64,000 nucleotides of DNA, from positions 17,058,875-17,122,874 of the forward strand of contig JAHRHZ010000084.1 of the NCBI GenBank assembly GCA_024137785.1, read 5' to 3'. Positions 12,245 to 26,045 of the stretch are shown here, piece by piece (the stretch's first letter is position 1; each line of letters begins with the position of its first letter). The DNA is from Ginglymostoma cirratum (taxonomy: Eukaryota). Position numbers and translations under genes: made by a program. The notes under the pieces are model-generated. The model searched no databases and was not told where the DNA came from. It saw nothing but the letters and a program-made list of their open reading frames with translations.

Positions 12245-12580
12245 ACACGGAGATTTAATAGATCTTCTAAATTGGGAGAGGTATTGATAGTGTAAATAGG
12301 AAGAAACTGCCAGTAGCAGACGATGCAGATTTAACATAATTTGTGAAGGAACCAAGGGGCAAAATGTTAAGTATTTTTATGGAACAAGTTACAATGATTT
12401 GGAATGCACTGTCCGAAAGGGAGAATGTGTGTACATTTGGTACGTTTTGAGGGAATTGGATTTACACTTGAAAAGGAAACACTTGCAAAGTGTAAACTAG
12501 TAGGAGTAATTGGAAACCTGTAAAGTGTTGGCATAGGCACTGTGGGCCAAATGGCCGCCTCCTGTGATGTCTAATTCTAG
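12245..12580 (+). mobile_element. CR1 LINE 3' fragment, old
   Basis: tggaatgcactgtccgaaagg and terminal tgggccaaatggccgcctcctgtg match the CR1 3' ends elsewhere in the window. Confidence 0.55.
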
Positions 12581-13119
12581 AGCTGGCCAACTTGAGTTTT
12601 TTGTCTACTGATTTCATGTTGGAAGACTTAATGGCAGGTTCTGTTCCAAACAGATGGGCCTAGTGGGCCACAAGCCTAATTGGAGGGCAAACCATCAAGT
12701 GAGTGCATTTATGTGACAGATTCTCATGCTGTGCTATTGAAACAATTTAGAAAACTACGAAAAAAAACTGGCAATCATCTTAACAAAAAAAAATCTGACA
12801 CTACCCCAAAATATAACCTGATGATATAAAAACTGTCTGGAATTTGGATGTATGACATTTGGTTACATCTAAATTGCAGTAGGCTTCTTTCTTTTTACGT
12901 TGCATTCATTCTGAGTATAACCTTTTGAAAGTAATGGCAAAAAAGTGGGCCTTTTGGCTTCATTTCCTGTGAAAATATTCTACTAAATCTGATTTGAAAA
13001 TGGTGCACACAATTTTCACATCCTCATTTTGGACACCTTTCTCTTTCATCCCATCCCCTGCGTGTTGGGTTTCTGGAGTAGCAGCCGGAGACTGTATTAA
13101 ACGTGGTTAGCTGTAAGAT

Positions 13120-14035
13120 GTACAGAATGGGAATATTCTAGAATGGTTACAAGCTGAAAGACTACAGTTATGTGGACAGACTCGAGAACCTGGGATGGCT
13201 TTCTTTAGAACAGAGAAAGCTAAAGATTTGAGGTTTTTAAAATCATCCTGGGTGAATAAGCAGTGAGTATTTCCATTTTCTGTGGGGCCAGTTACAAAGG
13301 GGAAGTGGTTTTACAGTGATTGGTTGAAGAAGCAGAGGCAGCATGAGAAACAACTGATTTGTGCATTGAATTGTAGGATTTGGAAAATGATTTTGATATA
13401 GAGCTACAACAAGAGAGTTGTGAGAAAGGTTATCGATCAAAGAATAAAAGCAATATGGATACAGATTTGGTTCAGTGACTGAGTGTAATGGATAATGAAG
13501 ATATTTTGCAGGTCGGAAAAAGGCTTGCACTGCCTTCCCCCAGGGCATTGTATTGAGATCCTTCCTTTTCCTGATAGATGTTAATTGTTTGGATCTCAAG
13601 AGTGTATGGGAAGTAGCTTCAATTTTATGGATGATACTAAACTTGGGAACATTGCAAACTGTGAGGAGCAAACTTTATTTGGATATAGAGTGTTGGAGTG
13701 AGTGGATAGGTGGCTGATGAGGTTCATAACAGAAGTGTGAGGTGTTTTGGTAAACAAAATGTGGACTGACAATATGAAATGTTACAGTTCTATTGGGGGC
13801 TGCAGGAATAGAGGGACCTGTGTGTGTGTGTGCGTACAGACCATTGAGGGTGGGAAGACGGGTGGAGAGACTTTTGTGATTTTTTTTTTTGTATATATAT
13901 ATGTGTATCACACGTACTTTTGTGATTTTGGGAAAAGATTGTTGGGACAGGGAAGAGACAGGGGACACTACCATAATCAATTGTTTGGTCAAAAACACCA
14001 GTACGGTTTCCAAGGGCTAAATGGCTTGTTTTTTT
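13120..14035 (+). mobile_element. Degraded CR1 LINE reverse transcriptase fragments
   Basis: ccccagggcattgtattgagatcc (PQG..LG) and atgatactaaacttgg (DDTKLG). Confidence 0.55.
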
Positions 14036-15509
14036 TCAAGGCTGTGCTTTTCAAGACTGCATAGATGCTAATTCCTCAGTAGCTTTTGTTCACGGCAATT
14101 AAATATTCATTTCCGTTATGGCCCTTGTTGAGCTTTGCTTTTATTGGGTTAGGTTTCACCTGAGTTGAGTTTACATTTTGGGTAGCATTGTTCACGTGCA
14201 GTATGCACTAAAGAAAAGATAAGCACAAACCGAAGCTGAAATGTCCCTAATACAGTTGTTTAAAATATACAGAGTCATAGTCGCACCATGCAATTTCACT
14301 TGGAATGTGTGCCACTCATTTTTTAATAATTTATGAATTTTTAAATTTCTTTAAAGTACCTGTGTCAAATTTTCATTACCTCATCTTGACACCGATTTAT
14401 TGCCATACTCTCTTCCCGTAACCATTAAAAATGGATGTTGCCTCCTCTCTGGATGAGCAGGTTACATATAAATATCTAAATGGTCCAACTGAAGAAAGCT
14501 TTCACATGACCTTCAAATGTTGATTGTCTTTATGAAGGCTGACTTTTGAAGCTGCAAATTTAATAACAGTCTTAAAGCTTTTATGACACAGGTTTGTGTA
14601 GTGTGAAGATTTTTTCTTACTATGATATACCCGTGCTGTACAGAAAGGCCTGGCAACAGGCCTCCTTGGCTGTTAATAATGGAAGATATAAACTGTAGGG
14701 GGTTTCTGCAAGGAGCTAATTTATTCTGCACAGTTGTGCCTTCTGCACCTTTTAATCAGCGAGGACATCTGGCAGTGCGGTGCTGCGATGAGCAGCACGT
14801 TTAAAGTACTTACACCCTGAAGATGCACATCATGCTGTGTCTGGCTGACAAAAGCTTCCATCACTCAAGGCAGGCCACACCCACTTCACAGCTCACACCC
14901 ATTCGCAGTTGAAGAAGAGCAGATGATCTGCACTGACATTCACCTTGTTCTGTTGGCCCTTTTAAAGGGCGTTGATTTTTTTTTTTGTTGGGGGATTAAT
15001 GTGAAAAGACGAACAGTTTGGAATCGGGTATTGTAGGTTTTCACTTTTCTAAGCTTCATAGGTGTATATCTGTCTCCCTCAGGGTGTATTGGAGGTGGAG
15101 AGACACAGATGGCATTGAAGTTTTCATTTCCTCTAATTTGCCTAGATTTTCACTTTGCTGGTGCTTGCCAGTTTTAAGTGTTGTTTCTTAGGATTTCTCC
15201 ACTGGGAGGCAGCAGCATTAGAACTGGCTGTTCCAAGTGGCCAAGCCCATGGGAATTAATTTTGAGCAGCATAAATGAAAGGAGAAATGAGTTTATTTTC
15301 CAGCCCTTCAAGATCTAAGTGCTTCTCTAGTTCTGTAGACTTGTTTCACATCCTTCGTTTTTACTTCTCAGCCATTACTGCCCACGATTTGCTGTGTTAG
15401 CAGATTGCCCGGTCCTCATGTTGACCCAACAGCCACAAGTTTGCTCAACCATCACCTTGAAGAGCTCATAATATGTCTCTGGTGAATGATGCAAGCGGAC
15501 AAAGTGTGG

Positions 15510-16500
15510 CACAAGGATTGGCGCCAAGTCCACTGCTTTTCATCATTTATATAAATGACTAGATGTGACTATAGGAGGTACAGTTAGTAAGTTGGCAGAT
15601 AACACCAAAATAGGAGATGTAGTGAACAGTGAAGCAGGTTACCTCGGATTACAATGGGACCTTGATCAGATGGGCCAATGGGCCGATGAGTGGTAGTTGG
15701 AGTTTAATTCAGATCAAAATAAGCTGTTGTATTTTTGGTGAGGCAAATCAGGGCAAGACTTGTACATTTTAATGGTAAAGTTGGGAGCAGTCTTGCTGAA
15801 CAAAGACCTAGGGGTGCAGGTACGTATTTTCTTGAAAGTGTAGTCACACATAGACAGGGTGGTAAAGAAGGCGGTTGGTATGCTTGTCTTCATTGGTCAT
15901 AACATTGAGTACAGGAGTTGGGAGGTCATGCTGTGGCTGTAAAGGACATTGGTCAGGCCACTTTTAGAATATTGCGTACAATTCTGGTCATCCGTTTATG
16001 GGAAAGATGTTGTTCAACTCTAGGGGATGCAGGAAGACCTTACGAAGATGTTTCTGGGACTGAAGGGTTTGAGTTTTAGGGAGACGCTGAATAGGCTGGG
16101 GCTTTCTTCCCTGGAGCATTGGAGGCTGAAAGGGTGACCTTTATAGATGTTTATTAAGTCATGAGGAGTATGGATAGAATGAGAAGCCAAGGTGTTTTTC
16201 AAGAGTAGGGGGAGTCCAAAACTAGACAACTTAGGTTTAAGATGTGAGGGGAATGATTTTAAAAGGACCTGAGGGGTACCTTTTTTACGCAGAGGGTGGT
16301 GCGTGTATGGAATGACCTGCCAGAGGAAGTGGGGGAGGCTGGTACAATTACAACATTTAACAGGCATCTGGATGGTACATGAATTCGAAGGGTTTAGTGG
16401 GATATGGGCCAAATGCCAGCCAATGGGACCGGGTCAGAATGGAATGTTTGGTCAACGCATTGGACCGAAGGGTCTGTTTCTGTGCTGTATGCCTCTCTAG
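15510..16500 (+). mobile_element. CR1 LINE, 5'-truncated about 1 kb (RT C-terminal half and 3' UTR)
   Basis: PLLFIIYIND, SKLADNTKIG (FADDTK), LVRPLLEYCVQFWS; CR1 tail gggtctgtttctgtgctgtat. Confidence 0.88.
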
Positions 16501-16814
16501 AACCTTCAAGGTTTGATAACCTCCTCCAAATGACTATTAAATAATGTATTACAAAGTTACAATTTGTTGACCAAATTCTCTCTCCATGGTTTGAAAGTTC
16601 GTTTTTGGCAGATTAATATCGGCAACGTTTTTGTGTTGCCACATGGTTAATGCAATCTGCAATGAATAAAGGCTTTTAGTTGTTTAGACGAGTCTTATAT
16701 TCCCTTGAATATAGAAGATTAAAGGGCGGTCTAATTGAGGTGTTTAAGATGATCAAAGGAGTTAAAAGTTAGAGAGGAACAAGTTCCTCTATTCTGGAGC
16801 AAGGAAGTATAATG

Positions 16815-17135
16815 TTGTTTTATTCATTCATGAGATGAGGGTATTGCTGGCTAGGCTAGCATTTAATACCCATCTCTAATTGCCGGGGCAGTTAAGAGTC
16901 AACCACATTGCTGTGGCTCTGGAGGCACATTAGGCTAGACCAGGTAAGGAGGGCAGTTTTCTTCCCTACAGGGCTTTAGTGAACCAGATGGGTTTTTCCA
17001 ACAGTTGGCCGTGGATTCATGGTTATCGTTGGACTCTTAGTTCCAGAATCTTTTTATTCCACTATTTGTCATGGCAGGATTCAAGCTCCGGTCCCCAGAA
17101 TATTACCTGGGTATCTGGATTAACAGTCCAGCGTT
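16815..17135 (-). mobile_element. tRNA-derived SINE with a LINE-derived tail, inserted into an older CR1 remnant
   Basis: The tail matches the LINE 3' end at 62780-62845 (reverse complement gcaattagagatgggtattaaatgctagcctagccagc...atgaatgaataaaa). CR1-like sequence lies on both sides. Confidence 0.7.
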
Positions 17136-17529
17136 GTCACCTCTCCGTTGTACAAAGGAAAATCTTGAATTCACTTCTCCAAAAGACTTCACAGTATATC
17201 AATTACAGATTTTAAAAATGAGCTTGAGAGCTTTTTGTTAGGCAGGGATATGAAGGGTTATGGAAGTTGTGGCGTTATGTCTCATGGTTAAATATCTTTT
17301 GAGACGTGCTGCTGATGTTAGCACCGCATCATGGCATGTGACCTGAGGTATAAAAGTCTCATATCCCATACGAGCTGGGATTACTTGAAGCATGACACTC
17401 TGCTGGTAGCATGCTGCTCCATTATAACCTAATAGTTTAATGTTGGCCCAGATTCTGATGTGCCTGTGATTGTAATATTTGTACATAATAACTGGTGTCA
17501 GATTATTCAATAACAAGATACATACTTGT

Positions 17530-17925
17530 ACCTGTTTGCTAATCAGCCTCTTCAGAGATGTAATTGCATAACTCTGGGGCAGGTGGGATTTGAACCTGGG
17601 CCTCCTGGCTCGGAGGAAGGGATGCTATACTACTCCCTATTCCATAACTTAAGAAGCATAATATTAGCTTTGCCACAAACCCTGTTAGACGCAGAGTCAC
17701 ATCCAGGAAAACGTGGAGATATTTTGATCAACCTATTCAGACATACTTGGCGTGGGTGGGACTGAAAAGTACCACAAGAGGCTTCCTAGAAACAAGTGGA
17801 TATTTACTTTTTCCTAATCAACCTGTTCAAAGATGTTATTACACACATTTTAGTTAGCAGCTGGAGTAGGTGGGATTTGAACTCGGGCCTCCTGGTTCAG
17901 AGGTAGGGACACTAACACTGCTATA
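17530..17925 (-). mobile_element. Cluster of three short tRNA-derived SINE units
   Basis: Repeated aggtgggatttgaac(c/t)(t/c)gggcctcctgg, which is B-box GTTCAAATC on the minus strand. The same family occurs at 25805-25915 and 34190-34475. Confidence 0.6.
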
Positions 17926-18593
17926 GAAAATCGAGTCAAGGGTGAGAGATGATCTAATTGAATGATGAAATAGGCTTGTGGCTGAAAGACCTATTCCTGT
18001 TCCTGTGTGTATTCTTGGCTTTACCTAAAGCTTTACCAGGCAATCTTTATATAGACCAAAAGCACATGTCTGATTTAATTGCTGACCAATGCCGATCTGA
18101 AACCTACAATAACGGCACCACAGTAGTTTCATCCCCGCAATTAGGTAAAGGAAAGCCTAACTCCTTGTTAGGAGCTTGACTCCTACACTTGCTCACATGC
18201 CAGTGCACCCCGTCCCCCTCCCCTGGAATCAGTGTGGGCATTGGGTAAGGACAGGACTGGGTACTGCTGTGATGCCAACTTTTGGATTCAAGCATCAGCG
18301 TTGTATAGTGACCGCTTAGGTGAGTAAACTGTACCCTTGGAGCCATACCCCAGCAAGAAGACAGTATCCACAGGAGAACACAACAATAATGAGAAATCAT
18401 TTTTAACAAATGCAAAAATTACCAAAAGCAGGCACATGGAATTGCATGGAGTCTATAGTACATCAGTTGGCTATTCTGCCCAACTGTTTACGCTACAAAC
18501 AAGATCCTTTCATTTTGATTTATCTCACCCTATTAGTATTGCTTTTCTATCCTTCCTTCATTATTGTAGTTGTCCTGCTTTCCCAGGCTTCTG

Positions 18594-18692
18594 AGATAAC
18601 AAGCATGGGGCTGGATGAACACAGCAGGTCAAGCAGCATCATAGGAGCAGGAAAACTTGACGTTTCAGGCCTAAACCCTTCATCAGAAACCC
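18594..18692 (-). mobile_element. Young ~99-bp Penelope-derived element with an intact minimal hammerhead core and a 14-bp target-site duplication
   Basis: Flanked by ttcccaggcttctg at 18580-18593 and 18693-18706. The minus strand reads ctgatgaagggtttaggcctgaaacgtc. Confidence 0.85.
18659..18686 (-). ncRNA. Minimal type I hammerhead ribozyme motif (putative; activity untested)
   Basis: CUGAUGA, short stem II, GAAA, palindromic ACGU and a GUC cleavage triplet. This is the layout known from Penelope pLTR hammerheads. Confidence 0.6.
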
Positions 18693-20999
18693 TTCCCAGG
18701 CTTCTGGTTTGTTTGAACAGTGCCTGATGACAGAGTTCAGGACTCCTTTTGGTGCTGTTGCAGTGCAGACTGGCCATGTACAGTTGTACTGAAGAAGGGC
18801 AGAGAAGTGCTTGTATCTCACTCTGGCTGTGACTGCTGATTGCTGGCCCCCTGCTCAAGTGTCTATGGAACACTGGCTTTCAGAACATTATGGGAAACAA
18901 TGGCTAAAAATACTTTCCAGTTTCTAAATCCTCTGCTGTATTTGTTCAAGTGATAATTATTTCTTGACAGTATTTTGGGGGAGGAAGAAAAATTCCTTCC
19001 CCAATGGCTGATGATTAATGGCAAGATGACGCTAACTAAAATTGCTGACTGAAGGGTCACTCTTTTAAAAGTGCTGTTTAGCCTGTTTGCGCTGGAGATT
19101 TCATCACAGGCGCATCAAGATTTAATTAGGTTATCACTTTTCAGGCCTAAACCTTGCTTTCCAAAAAACAGAATCTGTGCACCTTAGGAACCATGTACAC
19201 CAGAATGATAGAGTTGCCAATGTGTGTCTATACGTTTTGGCCTTGTGCCTCACCAATTCAAACATATGGCTGCAGAAGGAGGCTCAAAATGAGGTAGCTC
19301 TTAAGGCTCCTAACTAATATGTACACTTAGACTTCATTCATACAAGCAAGGATAAATCTGCCCTCTGCCAAGTTGTGCATAACGATGATGGGCCTGTCAA
19401 GTAACCAAGAGCCTTTGCTGATTTAGAACCTGCGTTTAATATAGAAATGGATTGGTGACTCTCAGATTAACTTGCTTGCTAATTTGATGTTTACAGTGAA
19501 GACTAGACAACGCCAGACTCTCAGTAATGTAGTCAGTGCTTTTACAGTACACAGCTACATTTTTGGAATATGATGTAAAGACCTGTGTAAATCTCACAAT
19601 ATGGTCACTCTGTGAGATATTCAAACACTGTCTCAAACTATGCTATGAGCTGGATTCCTCGGGTTTGCTCAGCCCCCTGTCAGTAGTAATATGTAATGGT
19701 TTTATGTGGTGTTATTAACTGCTGTTAAGCTAATAATTAATAAGGAAAAGTCCCTTTTCAGAAGGAGCTGACTCATAGTAGATTCATTTGCTCAGATGCT
19801 AGTAACCTCCTGGCCTCCCATTACTCATTGTCTAGCTAGTGAGAGCTCGTGGGTCACATGACAAATTTGATCCAGTCCTGGTCCAGTCTCTACACCCGAG
19901 CATGTGTTCATCAGAAAACCTTCAGGGGCAACAAACCTGGCTGATTTCATTCAATTTTCTCTGTCACCCACCGTATGGATGCTCTGCCAAGCGCAGCAAT
20001 GCATATCCGTTCAGATAGTGAGTTTATTGATTGAACAGGGGATTGGAAAGAGAGGTGCCTCATTGACCGCCTAGCAGCTGGAATTCTTCATAATTGTTTT
20101 AAAGCTGCCTTTCAGTTTCTACACGTCCCTGTCAGTTGTGGTGGAAGTGGCCTCGCTGTCACTGCATGGATTAAACATTGTCACTGCTTGATTCCTTTAG
20201 TTTGTGTCTTTCAAGCGGACATTTGTGAAGCTCCAGCCTTTTCATCATTTTGTCAGTCAGACAAGTAGCTGCAGAGGTAGCATTCCCATTTGCTCCCGCT
20301 GAGGCACTTCCAGGCCCTGGGCTATCTGCAGGTACTGTCTGTCCAGCCTGTGATTTGAAACTCACGAGAGCACGGCTATCATCGAACCTTGTCACCCCGA
20401 ATGTGTGTGTGTACACTCAGTCGGCCATGTGCTGAGTGCTTAGGCCCAGTGATACTTTGACAAAGCATGTAAGGATAATCTTGGTTTAAGGGCTGGAACA
20501 TAGAGTAATTGCGCCTGGCCTGTACTCCGTCACTTCTGGTAATGTTCGTACTTGTCTTAATTAATCGTTTGCAGCAAACAGTCTTTGTCATTTCCTGTGG
20601 AGAAAGGAATCTGGGAGAGGCACACTATTTCCAAACCTATAAGCAGCATTCAATTAGGAAGAACCCTTATCTGAATTGGCCAGATACACCCAGCTCAAAG
20701 TTGGTGTCATCTTCCCGAGAGTCTCTCATGACATTGTCAATGAGGCCACAGTGTGCCCCACCTGTAAGATTGTCAGGATTGTACTGACTCTCACTGCTGA
20801 GGGTGTAGAGCTCTCTGGTGAGTGGGACAAGGGATTAACTCTGTAAAGATTTTACAAACTGACTGTGGCGTCAGCTGCAGATGACTATTGCAGATCTCCC
20901 CTCAGCCTTACCCTCTTCCTTCAGACCTCTGATACCAGCTTACATCTGCAAACACAACAGAACGTGTGCATTTCTATACTTTGCCCCCCCCACCGCCCA

Positions 21000-21410
21000 A
21001 AAGGCTGGGAAATTTTTCACTGGAGTGTAGCAGGTTGAGGAGTGACCTTCTAGCAGTTTATAAAATAATGAGCGATATAGAGAAGGTCAATGGTAGTCAC
21101 CTTTTCCCTAGGATGGGGGATTTCAAGTCTAGGGGATATGTTTTTAAGGTGAGAAGAGAGATTTAAAAAAGACATGAGGGGTAAATTTTTTGCACAGAGG
21201 GTGGTTTGCGTGTGGAATGACCTTCCTGAGGAAGTGGTACATGTGGGCAAAATTACAGTGTTTAAAAGATGCTTAAATACGTACATGAATAGGAAAGATT
21301 TGGAAGGATATGGGCCAGGAGCAGGCAGATGGGACTGCTGGAGTTTGGGTTTATGATCGGCATGGACTGGTTGGACTGAAGGGTCTGTTTCCATGCTGTG
21401 TGACTGTGTG
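21000..21410 (+). mobile_element. CR1 LINE 3' end
   Basis: RLRSDLLAVYKIM and FFAQRVVCVWNDLPEEVV in the ORF track, plus the CR1 tail. Confidence 0.88.
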
Positions 21411-23236
21411 AGAAACATTTATTTGAATATATACCTATTTAGGCTCACTTAACATGCAATTTTAATACAATACTTATTTACTATTCTAAATGATCCAATG
21501 CTTTTTTTTAAATATTGTATTGTATTATATTATACTGTGTATATACGCTATAGGATCCCTTCAAGTAACTAAAAATTTCTTCTGTTTCTTGAATATGCAG
21601 TATTTATGAAATCAATACAGGGGATGTAGTGTCGCTGGCAAATTCCACTTGAGAGTGGACTAGAGTCAGGTATATTCTGTTGTACTTTTTGGAGCAGTGT
21701 TAGGGACATAACATCACAGCCCAGTTCTCAAATATTCATTTAATTGGGTTATATTAGGGTCAGAGATGGAGCACTGAACAATGGGTTTTTTAAGTTTAGT
21801 GGTCAAAGTGGCCAAAGAGGTGCAGAGAGGAAGTTGGAGCCTGAACTGATTTAAAATGAAGCACAATAGAATCTCCTAAAGAATCTGCTGCTCACTAGTG
21901 GAACTGGGAAAGACTTTAAATTGCCAGATGATCCATTAGTTGCTGGGCTCTAAGGCAATTAGATCAGAAATCCAGAATGTTTTAATATTTGCTGCCTCCA
22001 AAATGTTGGCAAAGTTTGTGGGAATGTTATCTGGATGTTTCATAACTTCTTTGTGAATTAATCAGTTACTCTGGAACTGTAGAAGTTTGGGTCATGATAC
22101 ATTTTGCTTCTGTATGTTTCACATTGACTCATTCTGATCTGCTGGTCCTCTGTTGCCTTCCATTTCCTCTGCGTGTTGCAGGGAGAGTTATTTCACAAGG
22201 GCACACAGAAATGATGGACAGTGAGCCAGAATGAACTGACTAGGGTTTAGAAAGCACCAAATGGCAAGTTGGAGGATAGTGATTCAAAAGGGAATTGCAT
22301 GGATATGGGAAAAATGCAAGAGAGTGTAGCAGATGGATGTCCTTTTGAAAGGCCTAATGTAGAGTTATGAGACAATTAGTCTCCCTTTGTACTGACCTGT
22401 TCCCTTCAGCTACCGAGGCTGATAAATGATTCTTGGGTTTTTGTCTCTGTTCCTTTTCTGGAAGCTGTCTCCACATGTTGGTCACTTTGTGAGAAGGAGA
22501 AGTTCTTGCTATCTGTCCTAAATTTATATTTTACTGGATTTAATCCATATGTCCTCCCACATTTTAACTCCCATTTTAAAGTAATTTCCTTGCTTCACGT
22601 TATCCGTACTGTTTTGGGCCCACCTTTTAGATGTCCGCTGTTAAGGTTGAAGAGCCTGACTTTCTCCGGTCTTCGTTCATAACTGAAACTTTGAAAACTG
22701 GGAACATCTTCCTGCATCTCCACTGTGCTCCTAGAGCCTGGTGTCTCAGTGTGTATTAGCTACCAGAGCTGACCATTCAGTTTGCCTTTCTTGAGGGAGG
22801 TCAACATTTAATGTCAACCTTTGCCTCACTGAACGTGTCCTTGGCTAAAGAGCACATCTGCAAATGAGCTGTGCTCTCTCGGAAACCTCCACTGTTTCTT
22901 GTTAAACAAATTTGCCTTTGGGTCATGCAAAACTCAAATTTGAAATTAAAGGTTACTCCAGTTTGAATTTTAAGAGCTTTCTTTCATTTCCTCATTCATT
23001 GTACTTGATCTGTTGTTATGATGGGAAAAAAATACTTTTTTAAAAAAATCTTTTTCTGTGGGTTTATCTCACTGGCTTTGCAACTGAAGAAATCAGCAAC
23101 TTGTAGTTGCAGACCTAAATTGACAAAATTTTCAACCCAAAACAGAAAAGCGTGTCATTTTAATGTTCTGAGCACTCAGCATCGCTGAAATAAAAATTTC
23201 CTTAGCTCACTCTGTTTGTAGTTTTCTGAATGCCCA

Positions 23237-23592
23237 TAAGTTTATAAGATTGTGAATGGCATGGATAGAGTGGAAAGTATGAGGCCTTTTCCTCAGGGTG
23301 GAGGGGTCAACTACTAGGGGACAGAGGTTCAAGGTGCAGGGAAGAGGGTGAAGTTTAATAGATACGTGCAAGGCACATTTTTCACACAAAGGGTGGTGAG
23401 TGCCTTTAATGCCCTGCCAGAGGAGCTGGTGGAAGCAGACACAATAGCAGCATTCAAGAAGCACCTGAATGAATGCATGAATAGGAGGGGAATAGAGGGG
23501 TATGGATCCTGTAAGTGAAGACAGTTTTAGTATAGAAGGGCAGAATGCATCAGCGCAGGGCCTGTTCCTGTGCTGTATTGTTCTTTGTATTC
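23237..23592 (+). mobile_element. CR1 LINE 3' end
   Basis: Close to the reverse complement of 48925-49290; tail gggcctgttcctgtgctgtattgttct. Confidence 0.85.
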
Positions 23593-25074
23593 TTAAATGG
23601 GGGTAGAACTGTGCGATCACATCCCTTATGGGAAGGTGTATCTGCGCAAAGGTTATTTGCTCCCTGTGCTACTTTGAGATTCTGCTGTAGTCTGGATACA
23701 ATGGTGAAAGGGACATGGCAGGGGAGGGGCTAAAAGTTTCTATATCACAAATTGGAATGTTAGCTTTTATTGCATGAAATTACATCTACAAACCATGGGC
23801 ATTACAACCGCTTTATAATATATAGTTCCTAGGTATCTTAGTATGTTGCAATGAGCAGCTGAGGAGATGTTGACAAATGCAGCCCTTTAATAGCAGGTAA
23901 ATGCAATACTTTAACACATCCTAGAGAAGACACCACGTTGAAACTAGTACTACTCTTTCTGCTATCCTGTAATTTTCAGCAATTTAGAAAACGCAGCTGT
24001 ACTGGAGTGCACTTGCTTTGAGCTGTACACGGAAAAATTCAGATAGATGCCAGTGTTTTATTTGACGTAGATCATGTATTTTACATGAATCCAATGTGCC
24101 GGAATGTGTGGAACCCATGAAATACTGGCTATAACCAAAGGTCCAGTAATATCAAAGGGTCAGCTTGCAAAGGTACCCCCTAGTATTGGGCATTGGAGTA
24201 GCTGTTGTTATTTCTGGATCTATGAACTTTGTCAAACAGCAAATGGAAAAATAATTGGAAACAAGAGAAATAAGAAAATTTAAAAGCACGCTGAAGTAAA
24301 AGCAAGTATTTCACTGTACGTTGGCGTGGTTGTAAATTACACAAATTTTAATTTGGATCTGTGATATTCTACAAGTGCGTCAACCAAGTGGCACTCGTTA
24401 AATATAAATCAAAACGTTTTTAATCACTACTGTTAGAATTCCTTTTGGGGAGCCCCTTGTAGTCTGTAAAGGAACGAATTACCATTAAATAAAACTGTGA
24501 TTAACTGAAGCAGGACTCCTGGAAGTAAGAATGGATCTGGACCAGAGTAACCAGATTGTAGTCGGGTAATTTACATTCCATTTCAGAACGTGGCATTTTT
24601 AACTTTTTACCAGCACTTAGAGTTGCGGATGCGTTCTTCAAATGAAATGCTAGTTTGATCAACACTGCTGATAATAAGGCATGTATCAAAAATATGCCGT
24701 CTCTGAGCCAGTATTTATGTTGGGAAGAGGGAAGGATTAAAGAGGGAGGATGCTATCCTGGGTGGTCACCATACTGGTCATCTGGTGTGCAAAATTGAAA
24801 CTCTTTATAAAACCACGTGAACATGGAGACAGGATTCTCTGTCACTTGGGTTACATTTTGTAAGGTATGTAAAGTATCAGCTCCAGCAATGTTCATCCCT
24901 CACAATCTGAATCTCCAAACCAACTTTAGGCAGGCAGCGAAGCTGACGTTTATGTTCACGTTGCTGTTGTCATCCTTGTCCCTAAAAGGTTCTACCTCCG
25001 ATAACATTGGTCAGAGACACTTTATTAGTTGCTGTGCTGCTTTCTGTCCATATTGAAAAATTTCTGACTGTGAA

Positions 25075-26045
25075 TAGTTAAGGATAGTGAGGAAATACAC
25101 CATTTGGCAGAATGTGATCAGTGCAGACCTGCAAGGATTTGTGTTGGGACCTCATCATTCACTATATTGGCTACATGGATGTTGGGATAGAAAGCCATAT
25201 ATACAGTTTGGTGATGATACAAGTAGGTAGCATTGCAAAAAGCTACGTGGAATCTTAAAACTACCTAGAGATCTCAATAGATTAAGTGCATGGGCAAAAA
25301 TGTGACAAAAGGATTTCAGTTTGGGGAAAATGGAAACATCCACTTTGGACCTATAATGAAGAGAACCAGGGTCTGTTGAATTGGTTTAAAAACAAACACT
25401 AGTAATTCGTGAGGTCTGGAGAAACTTGGCACCCACTTAAATCAATCATTAAAATGGCATGAAAAGGAACAGAAAATAATAAAAAATGCTGATGGAATCC
25501 TGGTCTTTATATTTATCCCTTGTGTTGAAGTTATAATGTTACAGCTATACAAACCCTGATTGGGTCATATCTAGAGATATTGTGCTGTGTTCTGGACTGC
25601 ACACCTTTGAAAGGATATCATGGCTTTGGAGGGAAGACAGTGTAGACTTACTAAATGATACTTAGATTCCAAGGGTTAAGGTATAAGAAGTGATGACACA
25701 AACTAGCAATGTATTCCATTGAATGTAAAAGATTAAAGGGTGATTTGATTGAAGTTTTCATGGTATTGATGCTCAGTCAATTGTTAATTTTAAATCAGGG
25801 GCCAGAGGCTCTTCTGGTGCTGTTGTAAGTGTCCCTAACTTTGAGTCAGGAAGCCTGGTTTCAAGTCTCACCTGCTCCTGAGATGTGCCATAACACACTC
25901 GAGCAGGTTGGTAATTTTTTATTAATCAAAGATATTAAGGGATTGGAACAAAGATGGTCATATTGGGATGGGCCACAGAGCAGTCATGATCTCATGGAAT
26001 GGCAGGTCAAACATACTCTATAAGAATGGCCTGCTTATGTTCCTA
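25075..26045 (+). mobile_element. Old CR1 LINE fragment interrupted by a short tRNA SINE (~25805-25915)
   Basis: gacctgcaaggatttgtgttgggacctc (PQG.VLGP) and tttggtgatgatacaag (F.DDT). Confidence 0.7.

Noticed and set aside
17530-17925. tRNA genes suggested by B-box motifs (also 63340-63405)
   Set aside because: These are degenerate SINE heads without a full cloverleaf.
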